DNA of 64,000 nt. Source: Sulfitobacter sp. Lineage in GTDB: Bacteria > Pseudomonadota > Alphaproteobacteria > Rhodobacterales > Rhodobacteraceae. Shown piece by piece: positions 22,446 through 31,251 of the stretch. The notes below the pieces were generated by a model. That model made no database searches. It saw only the letters and a list, made by a program, of their open reading frames with translations, and was not told where the DNA came from. The stretch covers positions 17,620 to 81,619 of the forward strand of contig OZ243121.1 in NCBI GenBank assembly GCA_965212515.1. Reading direction: 5' to 3'. Numbering within the stretch: position 1 is the stretch's first letter; every line of letters begins with the position of its first letter. Position numbers and translations under genes: made by a program.

Positions 22446-24502
22446 TCTGCGGCCCTTTCGATGATGGTGTTGCCGAAGCTGTCGATGCGGCCCACCAGCT
22501 CCGGCTCGATGAGCACGGTGGTGTCGGGCTGTTCGAGGATCGCGGGCCCCGGCACCTCGGCGCCCACGGGCAGGGCGAGCCTGTCGTAGATCCGGGTCTC
22601 GTGCCAGGCCTCGCCGAAGTGGACCCGGCGGCGGCCCTTGAGCGCGGCCTCGGTGCTGCCCCCCTCGGGCGCGAGGGTGGAAAGATCGAAGCGCGGGCGC
22701 TTGCCGGTGACGGCGGTGCGCAGGTTGATAATCCGGCGGGTGCCGTTCTGCAGCAGCCGACCGTAGGTCTCGCGGTAGGCGGCATCGAAGGCCTCGGCGA
22801 TCTCGGCCTCGCTCGGCGGGGTGACCCGGCCCTCCTGCACCGTGACGGGCAGGGGCACGGAAACCGTGTGGGTCTGGCCCAGGTAGGCCATGTCGAGGGT
22901 GAAGCCCGTCTCGCGCGCCTCGAAGCTGGTGCGGGCGGCCTCCAGGGTGGCCAGGCCGCTGTCCACGTGGGCCTGCATGTGCGCCGCGAGGGCCGCTGTG
23001 TCGATCCCGGCGAGCATGGCATTCACGGTCTGGACGAAGTCCTGGCGCATGTCGGCGATGACGCAGCCCATGGCCGAGGTCACGCCCGGATAGCGCGGCA
23101 CGATGGCCCGGGCCAGCCCGACCTCGGCCAGCATTGCCCCGGCGTGAAGCGCGCCGCCGCCTCCGAAGGGCATGAAGGCAAAGCGCGCCGGATCGAAGCC
23201 GCGCTCGATGGAGACCAGCCGCAGGGCCCCGGCCATGCGCGAGTTGGCGACCCGCAGGATCGCCTCCGCCGCCGCCAGGGCATCGAGCCCGAGGGGCTTG
23301 CCCACGTGCTCCAGGATCGCCGCCTCTGCCGCCGCCACGTCGAGCCTTTCGAGCTTGCCGCCGATGGGGTTCTCCGGGTCGATCCGACCCAGCACCACGT
23401 TGGCATCGGTCACCGTGGGGCGGGTGTTGCCCTGGCCGTAGGCCACCGGGCCGGGGGTGGAGCCGGCGCTCTCCGGCCCGATCATCAGCAGGCCGCCCTT
23501 ATCCACCCAGGCGATGGAGCCGCCGCCGGCGCCGATGGTGGTGATCTCGATCATCGGCGAGCGGACCACCATGCCGAAGTCGATGGCGGTCTGGGGCGAG
23601 AGCATGGATTGCCCCTGGGCGATCAGCGACACGTCGAAGGAGGTGCCGCCCATGTCGCCGGTGATGATGTCGGGAAAGCCCGCCGCCTCCGCAATGTAGC
23701 CCGCCGCGATGACCCCGGCGGCCGGCCCCGACAAGGCCGTGCGGATCGGGAAGGCGGCCGCCGTCTCCACGTCCATCACGCCGCCGTTGGACTGGACGAT
23801 CATGAACTCCCCGGCAAAGCCGCCCTGCTTCAGCGCCGCCTCCAGCCGCGCCAGGTAGCCCGAGACCTCGGGCTGGAGGTAGGCATTGAGGGCGGTGGTG
23901 GAGAAGCGTTCGAACTCGCGGATCTCGGGCAGGATCTCGGAGGAGCAGGAGACGTGATCGTTGGGCCAGATCTCGCGCACCGCCGCCACGGCGCGGGCCT
24001 CGTTCTCGGGGTTGGCATAGCTGTTGGCAAAGAGGATGGCGCAGGCCAGGCAGTCCTCCTCCAGAAGCTGCCGCGCAGCGGCGCGGACCGCCTCCAGGTC
24101 CACCTCGGTGCGGACCGTGCCGTCCGCTAGGGTCCGCTCGGGGACCTCGAGGCGCAGGGCGCGCTCCACCACCGGGGTGAAATCGCCCCTCAGGCCCCAG
24201 GTGCGGGGGCGGTCCCGGCGGCGCATCTCCAGCACGTCGCGCAGGCCCCGCGTGGTGATGACGCCGATGCGCGCGCCCTTGCGCTCCAAGAGGGCATTGG
24301 TGCCCGCCGTGGTGCCATGGACAACAACGGAGACCTCCGAGAGGTCAGTGACCCGCGCGCCGATGCCCGAGAGGAAGCCGCCCGACTGGTCCGGCCGCGT
24401 GGTGGGCACCTTGGCCACCTCGGCCTTGCCGGTGCCCTCGTCGAGCACGAAGATGTCCGTGAAGGTGCCGCCGACGTCAACGCCGATCATCTTGCCAGTC
24501 AT
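22442..24502 (-). CDS. hydantoinase/oxoprolinase family, A (HyuA-like) subunit
   Basis: Track ORF 22442..24904 trimmed to the ATG at 24502 (ATGA overlap with the upstream gene). N-terminus MIGVDVGGTFTDIFVL, an ASKHA-type ATPase motif typical of HyuA / N-methylhydantoinase A. Confidence 0.9.
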   Translation of the reverse strand: MTGKMIGVDVGGTFTDIFVLDEGTGKAEVAKVPTTRPDQSGGFLSGIGARVTDLSEVSVVVHGTTAGTNALLERKGARIGVITTRGLRDVLEMRRRDRPRTWGLRGDFTPVVERALRLEVPERTLADGTVRTEVDLEAVRAAARQLLEEDCLACAILFANSYANPENEARAVAAVREIWPNDHVSCSSEILPEIREFERFSTTALNAYLQPEVSGYLARLEAALKQGGFAGEFMIVQSNGGVMDVETAAAFPIRTALSGPAAGVIAAGYIAEAAGFPDIITGDMGGTSFDVSLIAQGQSMLSPQTAIDFGMVVRSPMIEITTIGAGGGSIAWVDKGGLLMIGPESAGSTPGPVAYGQGNTRPTVTDANVVLGRIDPENPIGGKLERLDVAAAEAAILEHVGKPLGLDALAAAEAILRVANSRMAGALRLVSIERGFDPARFAFMPFGGGGALHAGAMLAEVGLARAIVPRYPGVTSAMGCVIADMRQDFVQTVNAMLAGIDTAALAAHMQAHVDSGLATLEAARTSFEARETGFTLDMAYLGQTHTVSVPLPVTVQEGRVTPPSEAEIAEAFDAAYRETYGRLLQNGTRRIINLRTAVTGKRPRFDLSTLAPEGGSTEAALKGRRRVHFGEAWHETRIYDRLALPVGAEVPGPAILEQPDTTVLIEPELVGRIDSFGNTIIERAAE

Positions 24503-26196
24503 TGCGCGATCTCCTGCCAGGCGGGGCCGTAGGTTTCGGTGGCCCGTTCCGGGCTGAGAAGGCCGCCCGCGACGTCGCGGGCCACGGCCTCGGGCGGACG
24601 CTGCGCGGGGTCGCCGTAGCCGCCGCCGCCGGGCGTGTCGAGCCGCACGGACTGGCCCTGCTCCAGCCGGATGCCGACCATCTTGGAGGCCATCGGTGGG
24701 CTGTGCCAGCCGTCCGCCTGCTCGTAGGAAAAGACGTTGAGCGCCGCCTCGCCGCCGCCCGCGGCCCCCTTGGGCGCGTGGCGGCCCCGCTCGCCGAAGA
24801 GGAAGGCCTTGGCGCCGTTGCCCTCCAGCACCTCGATCTCGTAGGTGGCGCCCAGACCACCGCGGTGGCGCCCGGCCCCGGCACTGTCGGGCCGCAGGGC
24901 CCACTGCTTGAACATCACCGGGTAGGCGGCCTCCAGGATCTCCATCGGCGGGATCGTCGCGGTGGAGATGGGGGCGTTGCCGTGGTTCAGCCCGTCTGAC
25001 TCCGCGCTGCCGCCATGGCCGCCGCCGTAGAAGGAGAACATCACCCAGGGCTGGCCGTTGTCGCGCTTGCCCGAGATGGAGAGAGCGTTGATCGTGCCGT
25101 AGGCATTGGCCACCACCCGCTCCGGCGCGGCCTGGGAGGCGGCGGCGAAGATCACGTCGATCATGCGCAGGATGGTTTCGGTGTAGCCCCCCACGGGCGC
25201 CGGAAAGGGCGCCGAGAGGAGCGAACCCTCGGGGATCTTCACCTCGATGGGCCGCATCACGCCGGCATTGGCGGGCAGGGCCGGGAAGATGTGCTTGATC
25301 GCCACGTAGGCGGTGGCGACGGCGGTGGGCAGGGCGATGTTGACCGGCCCCGCGCAGCGGTCGGCGGTGCCCGCGAAATCCAGCGTCATGCGGTCTCCGC
25401 TGATCTCAAGCGCCACCGTGATCGGCAGGGGTTCATCGGTGATGCCGTCGTTGTCGAGGTAATCCGTCGCCTCCCAGCGGCCGTCCGGCAGCTCCGTCAG
25501 CTCGGCCCGCATCAGCGCCTCGGCCCGGTCCTGGAGCGCGTCGAGCGCGGCGCGCACCGTCTCGGCGCCATACTCCGCCAGAAGCTCGTCCATGCGCTTC
25601 ACCCCAAGGTCGAGCGCGCCGAGCTGGCCGTTGAGATCACCCTGGGCCGATTGCGGCAGGCGGGTGTTGCGCAGCAGGATGTCGACGATGTCCTGCTGCA
25701 TCTCGCCCGCGCGGGCGAGGCGCACGGGGGGCAGGACAAAGGCCTCCTGGAAGGCATCCGTGGCCGCCGGGTTGTAGTTGCCCGGCACGGCGCCGCCCAC
25801 GTCGTGCCAGTGGCCCACCGAGGCGAGGTAGCAGAAGAGTTCCCCGTCGTGGAAGTAGGGCCGCACCAGTCGCATGTCGCTTAGGTGGGTGCCGCCGAGG
25901 TGGGCATCGTTGAAGATGTAGATGTCGCCATCGGCGAGGTCGCCGCGTTCCGCCGCCTTGTCGATCACCGCCTTCACCGCGAAGGACATGACGCCCACGA
26001 AGATCGGCAGGCCCGATTTGCCCTGCACGAGGGTATCGCCCGTGCCCGCGTGGTATAGCCCGTGCGAGGCATCGTGCGCCTCGGCAATGATCGGGTTGAA
26101 GGCGGCACGGAAGAGGGTCGCGTCCATCTCGTCGGCGATCTGTTCCATCCGGCCGGCAAGCACCGCCAGGGTGATCGGATCAATCTCTGTGCTCAT
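24499..26196 (-). CDS. hydantoinase B / oxoprolinase family (HyuB-like) subunit
   Basis: Track ORF 24499..26337 trimmed to the ATG at 26196 (ATGA overlap). N-terminus DPITLAVLAGRMEQIADEMDATLFRAAFNPIIAEAHDASHGLY, typical of the HyuB family. Confidence 0.9.
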   Translation of the reverse strand: MSTEIDPITLAVLAGRMEQIADEMDATLFRAAFNPIIAEAHDASHGLYHAGTGDTLVQGKSGLPIFVGVMSFAVKAVIDKAAERGDLADGDIYIFNDAHLGGTHLSDMRLVRPYFHDGELFCYLASVGHWHDVGGAVPGNYNPAATDAFQEAFVLPPVRLARAGEMQQDIVDILLRNTRLPQSAQGDLNGQLGALDLGVKRMDELLAEYGAETVRAALDALQDRAEALMRAELTELPDGRWEATDYLDNDGITDEPLPITVALEISGDRMTLDFAGTADRCAGPVNIALPTAVATAYVAIKHIFPALPANAGVMRPIEVKIPEGSLLSAPFPAPVGGYTETILRMIDVIFAAASQAAPERVVANAYGTINALSISGKRDNGQPWVMFSFYGGGHGGSAESDGLNHGNAPISTATIPPMEILEAAYPVMFKQWALRPDSAGAGRHRGGLGATYEIEVLEGNGAKAFLFGERGRHAPKGAAGGGEAALNVFSYEQADGWHSPPMASKMVGIRLEQGQSVRLDTPGGGGYGDPAQRPPEAVARDVAGGLLSPERATETYGPAWQEIAQ

Positions 26197-26759
26197 GTCT
26201 GTCCTTTGCTTTCGGCAATGTCGTTCCAGACCTCCTGGCGGGTCAGGCGGCCCTGGATGATCTCGAACCGGTCGATGAAGCGGATGTCGGAGAAGGGCGT
26301 GCCGTCGGGCCATTCCCCCGAGAGGGTGCCCCGGCAATAGACGATTGTCTCCGCGCCGGGCGATTGCAGGGCCTCGACCCCCTGGTAGCTCTTTTTCACG
26401 AAGCGGTAGCGCGGGGCGGCCCAGTCCACCAGCTCCTGGAGGCGGGTCATCCGAACGCCCCCGGGGAAGATCATCTCGAAATCGGGGGCGAGGTAGCCCT
26501 CGGCCTGCGCCAGGTCGCGCGCCTCCATGGCGGCGAGGAAACCGCGCACCAAATCAGCCGGATCGGGCAGGGCGGGCGCCGGGGTGCGGGCGCTGCGGCC
26601 GCGCATGTAGTCCGACGGGGCCATCTGGTGGATCATCACTGTGACCGCCTCGGGCGCCGCCGGCACGACGATTCGCACCGCATCGGTCAGGGCCTCGGAG
26701 AGCCTTCTGCGCGCGGCCTCGCTGTAGCCTTCGATCAGGTGGCATTCGATGACTGGCAT
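26193..26759 (-). CDS. tautomerase (4-OT-like, Pro1) fused to SnoaL/NTF2-like domain
   Basis: N-terminus MPVIECHLIEGYS... with Pro at position 2, the catalytic Pro1 of the tautomerase superfamily. The C-terminal ~120 aa has an NTF2-like pattern (FLAAMEARDLAQAEGYLAPDF...IDRFEIIQGRLTRQEVWND). First gene of the six-gene minus-strand operon. Confidence 0.7.
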   Translation of the reverse strand: MPVIECHLIEGYSEAARRRLSEALTDAVRIVVPAAPEAVTVMIHQMAPSDYMRGRSARTPAPALPDPADLVRGFLAAMEARDLAQAEGYLAPDFEMIFPGGVRMTRLQELVDWAAPRYRFVKKSYQGVEALQSPGAETIVYCRGTLSGEWPDGTPFSDIRFIDRFEIIQGRLTRQEVWNDIAESKGQT

Positions 26760-26775
26760 GGCTCCTCCCCAAAAG

Positions 26776-26795
26776 CTGTATCTTCTATAGTACAG
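26776..26795. promoter_or_regulatory. inverted repeat CTGTA-N10-TACAG in the divergent promoter region (candidate HutC/GntR operator)
   Basis: Read directly from the sequence. It lies in the AT-richer 116-bp gap between the minus-strand operon and the GntR gene. A tandem TTGCATTTGCAT sits at 26824-26835. Confidence 0.3.
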
Positions 26796-26875
26796 ATTTT
26801 TGGAGACTGATAGATCAAATTTCTTGCATTTGCATATTCATCCGGTACCTTCAGGGCTGAACCGGGGGGATTCCC

Positions 26876-27691
26876 ATGATGGATCAGCAGCAGCAGGAGG
26901 TGGCGAGCGGCCTGCCCGAGGGGGGCAAGGCAAGGCGCGTCTATCTGCAGCTCAAGGAGGAGATCGCCCGCGGCCAGCACGCCGAGGGCCAGCTCCTGCC
27001 CGGTGAACAGAAGCTGGCCGCCGCCCTCGAGGTTTCGCGCGTGACGGTGCGCCGGGCGCTCGACGCACTGGAGGCGGATGGGCTGGTCGAGCGGCGCCCC
27101 GGATCGGGCACGCGGGTCTGCGGCACGGGGCCACGGCCCGCAATGGCGGCGGACTTCACGACCCTCATTCCCCAGGTCGTCCAGATGGGCCAGGACACGA
27201 CGGCCCGTCTCCTTTCCTTCTCCTACGGCCCGCCGCCTGCCGCCGTGGCCCGGGCGATGGAACTGGCCCCCGACGCCCGGATGCAGTGCGCCGTACGTTT
27301 GCGTCTGGTGGAGGGGCAGCCCTTCTCCCACCTCACCACCTACGTGCCCGAGGAGATCGCCCGCAACTACACCGAGGCGGAGCTGGCCACGACACCCCTC
27401 TACCGCCTGCTGGAACGCTCCGGGGTGGAGGTGGCCCGGGCGCACCAGTCCGTCAGCGCGACCCTGGCCGCCCCCGACGTGGCCGAGGTGCTGGGCCTCA
27501 GCATAGGCGCGCCGCTCCTTTCACTGGATCGCGTGGTGCGGGATGCCCGGGGCAGGGGGGTGGAATACCTCTCGGCTCTCTATCGCCCCGACATGTTCCG
27601 CCTGGAGATGGAACTGAGCCACGTCGGCGCCGGCAAGGGCCGCCACTGGGAGCCGGTGATCAGCCCGGCGGGCCGGGAGGCGGCGGAATGA
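26876..27691 (+). CDS. GntR-family transcriptional regulator, HutC/UTRA subtype
   Basis: wHTH motif LPGEQKLAAALEVSRVTVRRALDALEADGLVERRPGSGTRV, followed by a ~150-aa UTRA-like effector domain. Confidence 0.85.
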   Translation: MMDQQQQEVASGLPEGGKARRVYLQLKEEIARGQHAEGQLLPGEQKLAAALEVSRVTVRRALDALEADGLVERRPGSGTRVCGTGPRPAMAADFTTLIPQVVQMGQDTTARLLSFSYGPPPAAVARAMELAPDARMQCAVRLRLVEGQPFSHLTTYVPEEIARNYTEAELATTPLYRLLERSGVEVARAHQSVSATLAAPDVAEVLGLSIGAPLLSLDRVVRDARGRGVEYLSALYRPDMFRLEMELSHVGAGKGRHWEPVISPAGREAAE

Positions 27692-29055
27692 GCGCCCCGC
27701 GCAGCCTGCTCGACAAGCTCTGGGAGGGGCACGAGATCCTGCGCCGCGCGGATGGCACCTCGCTCCTCTGGGTGGACCGGCACCTGGTCCATGAGGGCTC
27801 GCACCACGCCTTCGCCAAGCTCGCCGCGCGCGAGATGCCGGTGGCGGCACCGGAACTGACCTTTGCCGTGGTCGATCACTATGCCCCGACGCGGGCGGGC
27901 GAGGTTTCCAAGGACATCCGCCGCATGATCCGCACCCTGGGCGAGAATGCCCGGGCGCACGGACTGCGGCTCTTCGATCTCAAGGACCCGGGCCAGGGGA
28001 TCGTCCACGTGATCGGGCCGGAACAGGGGCTGACCCTGCCGGGCCTGACGATCAACTGCGGCGACAGCCACACCTCCACCCACGGGGCCTTTGGCGCCCT
28101 GGCCTTTGGCGTGGGAGCGACGGAGGTGGCCCACATCCTCGCCACCCAGACGATCTGGCAGCGCCGCCCCAAGGCCATGCGGATGCTCTTCGAGGGCAGC
28201 CTCGGCCCCGGCGTGACGGCCAAGGACATGGCCCTGCACTGGATCGCCAAGCTGGGCACCGGCGGCGCCCAGGGCCACGCCATCGAATATGCCGGCTCGG
28301 CGGTCGAGGCGCTTTCGATGGAAGGGCGGCTGACCCTCTGCAACCTCTCCATCGAGGGCGGCGCGCGCTTTGGCATGGTGGCCCCGGACGAGACCACCTT
28401 CGCCTATCTCGAAGGCCGCCCCCATGCCCCCAAGGGTGCCGATTGGGACAGCGCGCTGAAAGACTGGCGCGCCCTGCGCAGCGATCCCGGCGCCCCCTTC
28501 GAGCGCGAGGCCCACTTCGCCGCCGAGGAGATCGCCCCCACCGTCACCTGGGGCACCTCGCCCGAGGAGGCCCTGCCGATCACCGGAAAGGTGCCCGAGG
28601 CGGCCCGCGAGACGCTCGACTACATGGCCCTCACGCCCGGCACGCCGCTCGATCAGATCGCGGTGGACCAGGTCTTCATCGGCTCCTGCACCAACGGCAG
28701 GATCGAGGATCTGCGCCTGGCCGCCAAGGTCCTCGCCGGGCGCCGCGCGCGGGTGCCGGGGCTGGTCTCGCCCGGCTCGACCCAGGTCAAGAATCAGGCC
28801 GAGGAAGAGGGCCTGGCGCGGATCTTCACCGAGGCGGGGCTGGAATGGGCCGGGGCCGGCTGCTCCATGTGCGTCGGCATGAACGGCGACCTGGTGGAAA
28901 GCGGCAAGCGCTGCGCCTCCTCCACCAACCGCAACTTCAAGGGCCGCCAGGGGCGCGGCGCCCGCACCCACCTGATGAGCCCCGCCATGGTCGCCGCCGC
29001 CGCCGTCGAGGGGCGGCTGGCCGACGTGCGCCCCCTGCTGGAGGGCCGGGCATGA
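27688..29055 (+). CDS. aconitase-family dehydratase large subunit (LeuC-like)
   Basis: ATG 27688 overlaps the GntR stop (ATGA). Motifs LLWVDRHLVHE, CGDSHTSTHGAFGALAFGVG, GSCTNGRIEDL and GCSMCVGMNGD (Fe-S cysteines). Confidence 0.9.
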   Translation: MSAPRSLLDKLWEGHEILRRADGTSLLWVDRHLVHEGSHHAFAKLAAREMPVAAPELTFAVVDHYAPTRAGEVSKDIRRMIRTLGENARAHGLRLFDLKDPGQGIVHVIGPEQGLTLPGLTINCGDSHTSTHGAFGALAFGVGATEVAHILATQTIWQRRPKAMRMLFEGSLGPGVTAKDMALHWIAKLGTGGAQGHAIEYAGSAVEALSMEGRLTLCNLSIEGGARFGMVAPDETTFAYLEGRPHAPKGADWDSALKDWRALRSDPGAPFEREAHFAAEEIAPTVTWGTSPEEALPITGKVPEAARETLDYMALTPGTPLDQIAVDQVFIGSCTNGRIEDLRLAAKVLAGRRARVPGLVSPGSTQVKNQAEEEGLARIFTEAGLEWAGAGCSMCVGMNGDLVESGKRCASSTNRNFKGRQGRGARTHLMSPAMVAAAAVEGRLADVRPLLEGRA

Positions 29056-29642
29056 GCGGCTGGACCCGGATGGAGGGCCGCGCCGTGGCGCTGGACCAGG
29101 CCAACGTGGACACGGATCAGCTGATCCCAGCGCGATTCATGTCGCAGCCGCGCAGCGCGGGCTACGGCGACTTCCTGCTGCACGATGCCCGCCAGGATGA
29201 CCCCGAGCACCCCCTGAACCGCCATGCCCCCGTCGAGGTACTGGTGACGCGGCGCAACTTCGGCAGCGGCTCGAGCCGCGAGGCCGCCGTCTATGCCCTG
29301 GTGGATTTTGGCATCCGGGCCGTCCTGGCCCCCTCCTTCGGGGACATCTTCGCCTCCAACGCGGTGAACAACGGGCTCCTGCCCGCGCGCCTGCCCGAGG
29401 CGGAGATCGCGGCCCTGATCGAGAGCCTCGGCAGCGAAGGCGCCGCGGCCGAGGTGGACCTCGAAAGCGGCACCGCCCGGATCGGCGAACGGGAGCTGAC
29501 GTTTGAACTGGACCCGGTCTGGCAGCGCAAGCTGGTCAACGGCTGGGACGACATCGACCTGACGCGGGAGCATGGCGCAGAGATCGATCACTTCAGGGCC
29601 GCCCGTGCGGCGGCCCATCCGTGGGCCTGGCCCGCATCATGA
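29052..29642 (+). CDS. aconitase-family dehydratase small subunit (LeuD-like)
   Basis: ATG 29052 overlaps the LeuC-like stop (ATGA). Motifs DTDQLIPARF and NFGSGSSREAAVYAL. Confidence 0.9.
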   Translation: MSGWTRMEGRAVALDQANVDTDQLIPARFMSQPRSAGYGDFLLHDARQDDPEHPLNRHAPVEVLVTRRNFGSGSSREAAVYALVDFGIRAVLAPSFGDIFASNAVNNGLLPARLPEAEIAALIESLGSEGAAAEVDLESGTARIGERELTFELDPVWQRKLVNGWDDIDLTREHGAEIDHFRAARAAAHPWAWPAS

Positions 29643-29684
29643 AATCCCGCCCATGACGGGCAGGACAAAAGGGAGACGAACCAG

Positions 29685-30680
29685 ATGAAACAGACCTTCT
29701 ATGCAAGCCTCTTCGCGGGTGCCGCGCTGGCGGGCAGCGCCGCCGCGCAGGAGACCATCACGGCGGTCCATGCCTTTCCGGAATCGCTGATCTACACCCA
29801 GTCCTTCCTCGAATTCGTCGACAAGGTGAACGAGCGCGGCGAAGGCGTGGTCCAGATCGAGGTGCGCGGCGGGCCGGAAGCCATCGGCATGTTCCAGCAG
29901 CCCGACGCGGTGCGCGCGGGCGTGGTGGACATGGTCTATACCCCCGGCTCCTTCTACGCCGGTGCCCTGCCAGAGAAGGACGCGCTCGTCGCCTCCAACC
30001 TGACGGCGGTGGAAACCCGCGAGAACGGCGGGCTGGAGCTGATCGACGAGATCCACCAGGAAAAGATGGGCGTGAAGTACCTCGGCTGGTTCGACAGCGG
30101 CGTCTGCTACAACCTCTGGACCCGCAACGAGCCGACGCTGGATGCCGAGGGCAACCTCGATGTCTCGGGCCTGAAGCTGCGCGGCAACGCCGTCTATAAC
30201 GCCTTCTTCACCGACTACCTCGGCGCCCAGGTGATCGACCTGCCCACGACGGAGGTTTACTCCGCCCTGGAGCGCGGTGTGGTGGATGCGACCGGCTGGA
30301 CCCAGATCGGCCTCATCGACCTGAAGTGGAACGAGTTCCTCAACTACCGGATCGAGCCCTGCTTCTTCTCCACCGACCTCGGCGTGATCGTGAACCTCGA
30401 CAAGTGGAACAGCCTCTCGGACGAGGCGCGCCAGATTGTGCAGGAAGTGGCCATCGAGCACGAGAAGGAGTCCGCGGCCAAGCTGGGCGCCAAGCGGGAC
30501 GAGGATTTCGCCGCACTGGAAGAGCAGGGCATGGAGGTCGTCACGCTCGAGGGTGAGGCCGCCGAGCGCTACCTCGCCGCCGCCGTGGAGAAGACCCACG
30601 CGCGCATGAAGTCGCTGATGGAAGAGAGCCCCCAGGGGGCAGGCAACTACGACCGCCTGATCGAACTCTTCTACGAATAA
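29685..30680 (+). CDS. TRAP transporter substrate-binding protein (DctP family)
   Basis: 331 aa with signal peptide (FAGAALAGSAAAQ). Followed by small and large TRAP permease genes. Confidence 0.8.
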   Translation: MKQTFYASLFAGAALAGSAAAQETITAVHAFPESLIYTQSFLEFVDKVNERGEGVVQIEVRGGPEAIGMFQQPDAVRAGVVDMVYTPGSFYAGALPEKDALVASNLTAVETRENGGLELIDEIHQEKMGVKYLGWFDSGVCYNLWTRNEPTLDAEGNLDVSGLKLRGNAVYNAFFTDYLGAQVIDLPTTEVYSALERGVVDATGWTQIGLIDLKWNEFLNYRIEPCFFSTDLGVIVNLDKWNSLSDEARQIVQEVAIEHEKESAAKLGAKRDEDFAALEEQGMEVVTLEGEAAERYLAAAVEKTHARMKSLMEESPQGAGNYDRLIELFYE

Positions 30681-30744
30681 TCAAGACGTTGGCGGGCGCG
30701 CGGCCAAGCGGCGGCGCGCCCGCAACCCAAGAAGGGGGCAGGGC

Positions 30745-31251
30745 ATGGACGTGATCGGCAAGGGCTACAGGGCGGTGCTGTATGCCATGGCGGGCATCGC
30801 GGGGGCGATGCTGGTCTGGCTCATGGTGTCGGTGGTCACCTCGGTGGTGATGCGCAACGCGGGGCTGCAACCCTTCGCCTGGCTCTTCACCTCTTCCGAA
30901 TACGCGATCCTCTACATGACCATGCTGGGCGCGCCCTGGCTGGTGCGCGAGAAGGGCCATGTCCACATCGAGCTGGTGACGGCGGCCCTGCCGCCCCCGG
31001 CCCGCCGCCTGGTCAGCCGCTCCGTCGCCGCCCTCTGCGTCGCGGTCTGCGCGGTCCTGGCCTGGAAGGGGGGCGAGCTCTTCCTGACCAACCTCGCGCG
31101 CAACGATCTGGACGTGCGCGCCTACTATTTTCCCAAGTGGATCCTCACCATCGCCTTTCCGATCAGCTTCGGCCTGATGGCGGTGGAGTTTTCGCGGTTC
31201 GTCTTCGGCACGGACCTCCTGCACTCGGGTGAAGCGGGGATTCACGAATAA
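30745..31251 (+). CDS. TRAP transporter small permease (DctQ family)
   Basis: 168 aa with four hydrophobic segments, positioned between the SBP and DctM-type genes. Confidence 0.8.
   Translation: MDVIGKGYRAVLYAMAGIAGAMLVWLMVSVVTSVVMRNAGLQPFAWLFTSSEYAILYMTMLGAPWLVREKGHVHIELVTAALPPPARRLVSRSVAALCVAVCAVLAWKGGELFLTNLARNDLDVRAYYFPKWILTIAFPISFGLMAVEFSRFVFGTDLLHSGEAGIHE

Noticed and set aside
27688-29642. LeuC/LeuD pair as the housekeeping leucine-biosynthesis isomerase
   Set aside because: This is not excluded. However, the genes are translationally coupled to a GntR repressor gene and followed by a TRAP importer, facing a catabolic operon, and no leuA/leuB genes are nearby. I therefore call them LeuCD-like only.
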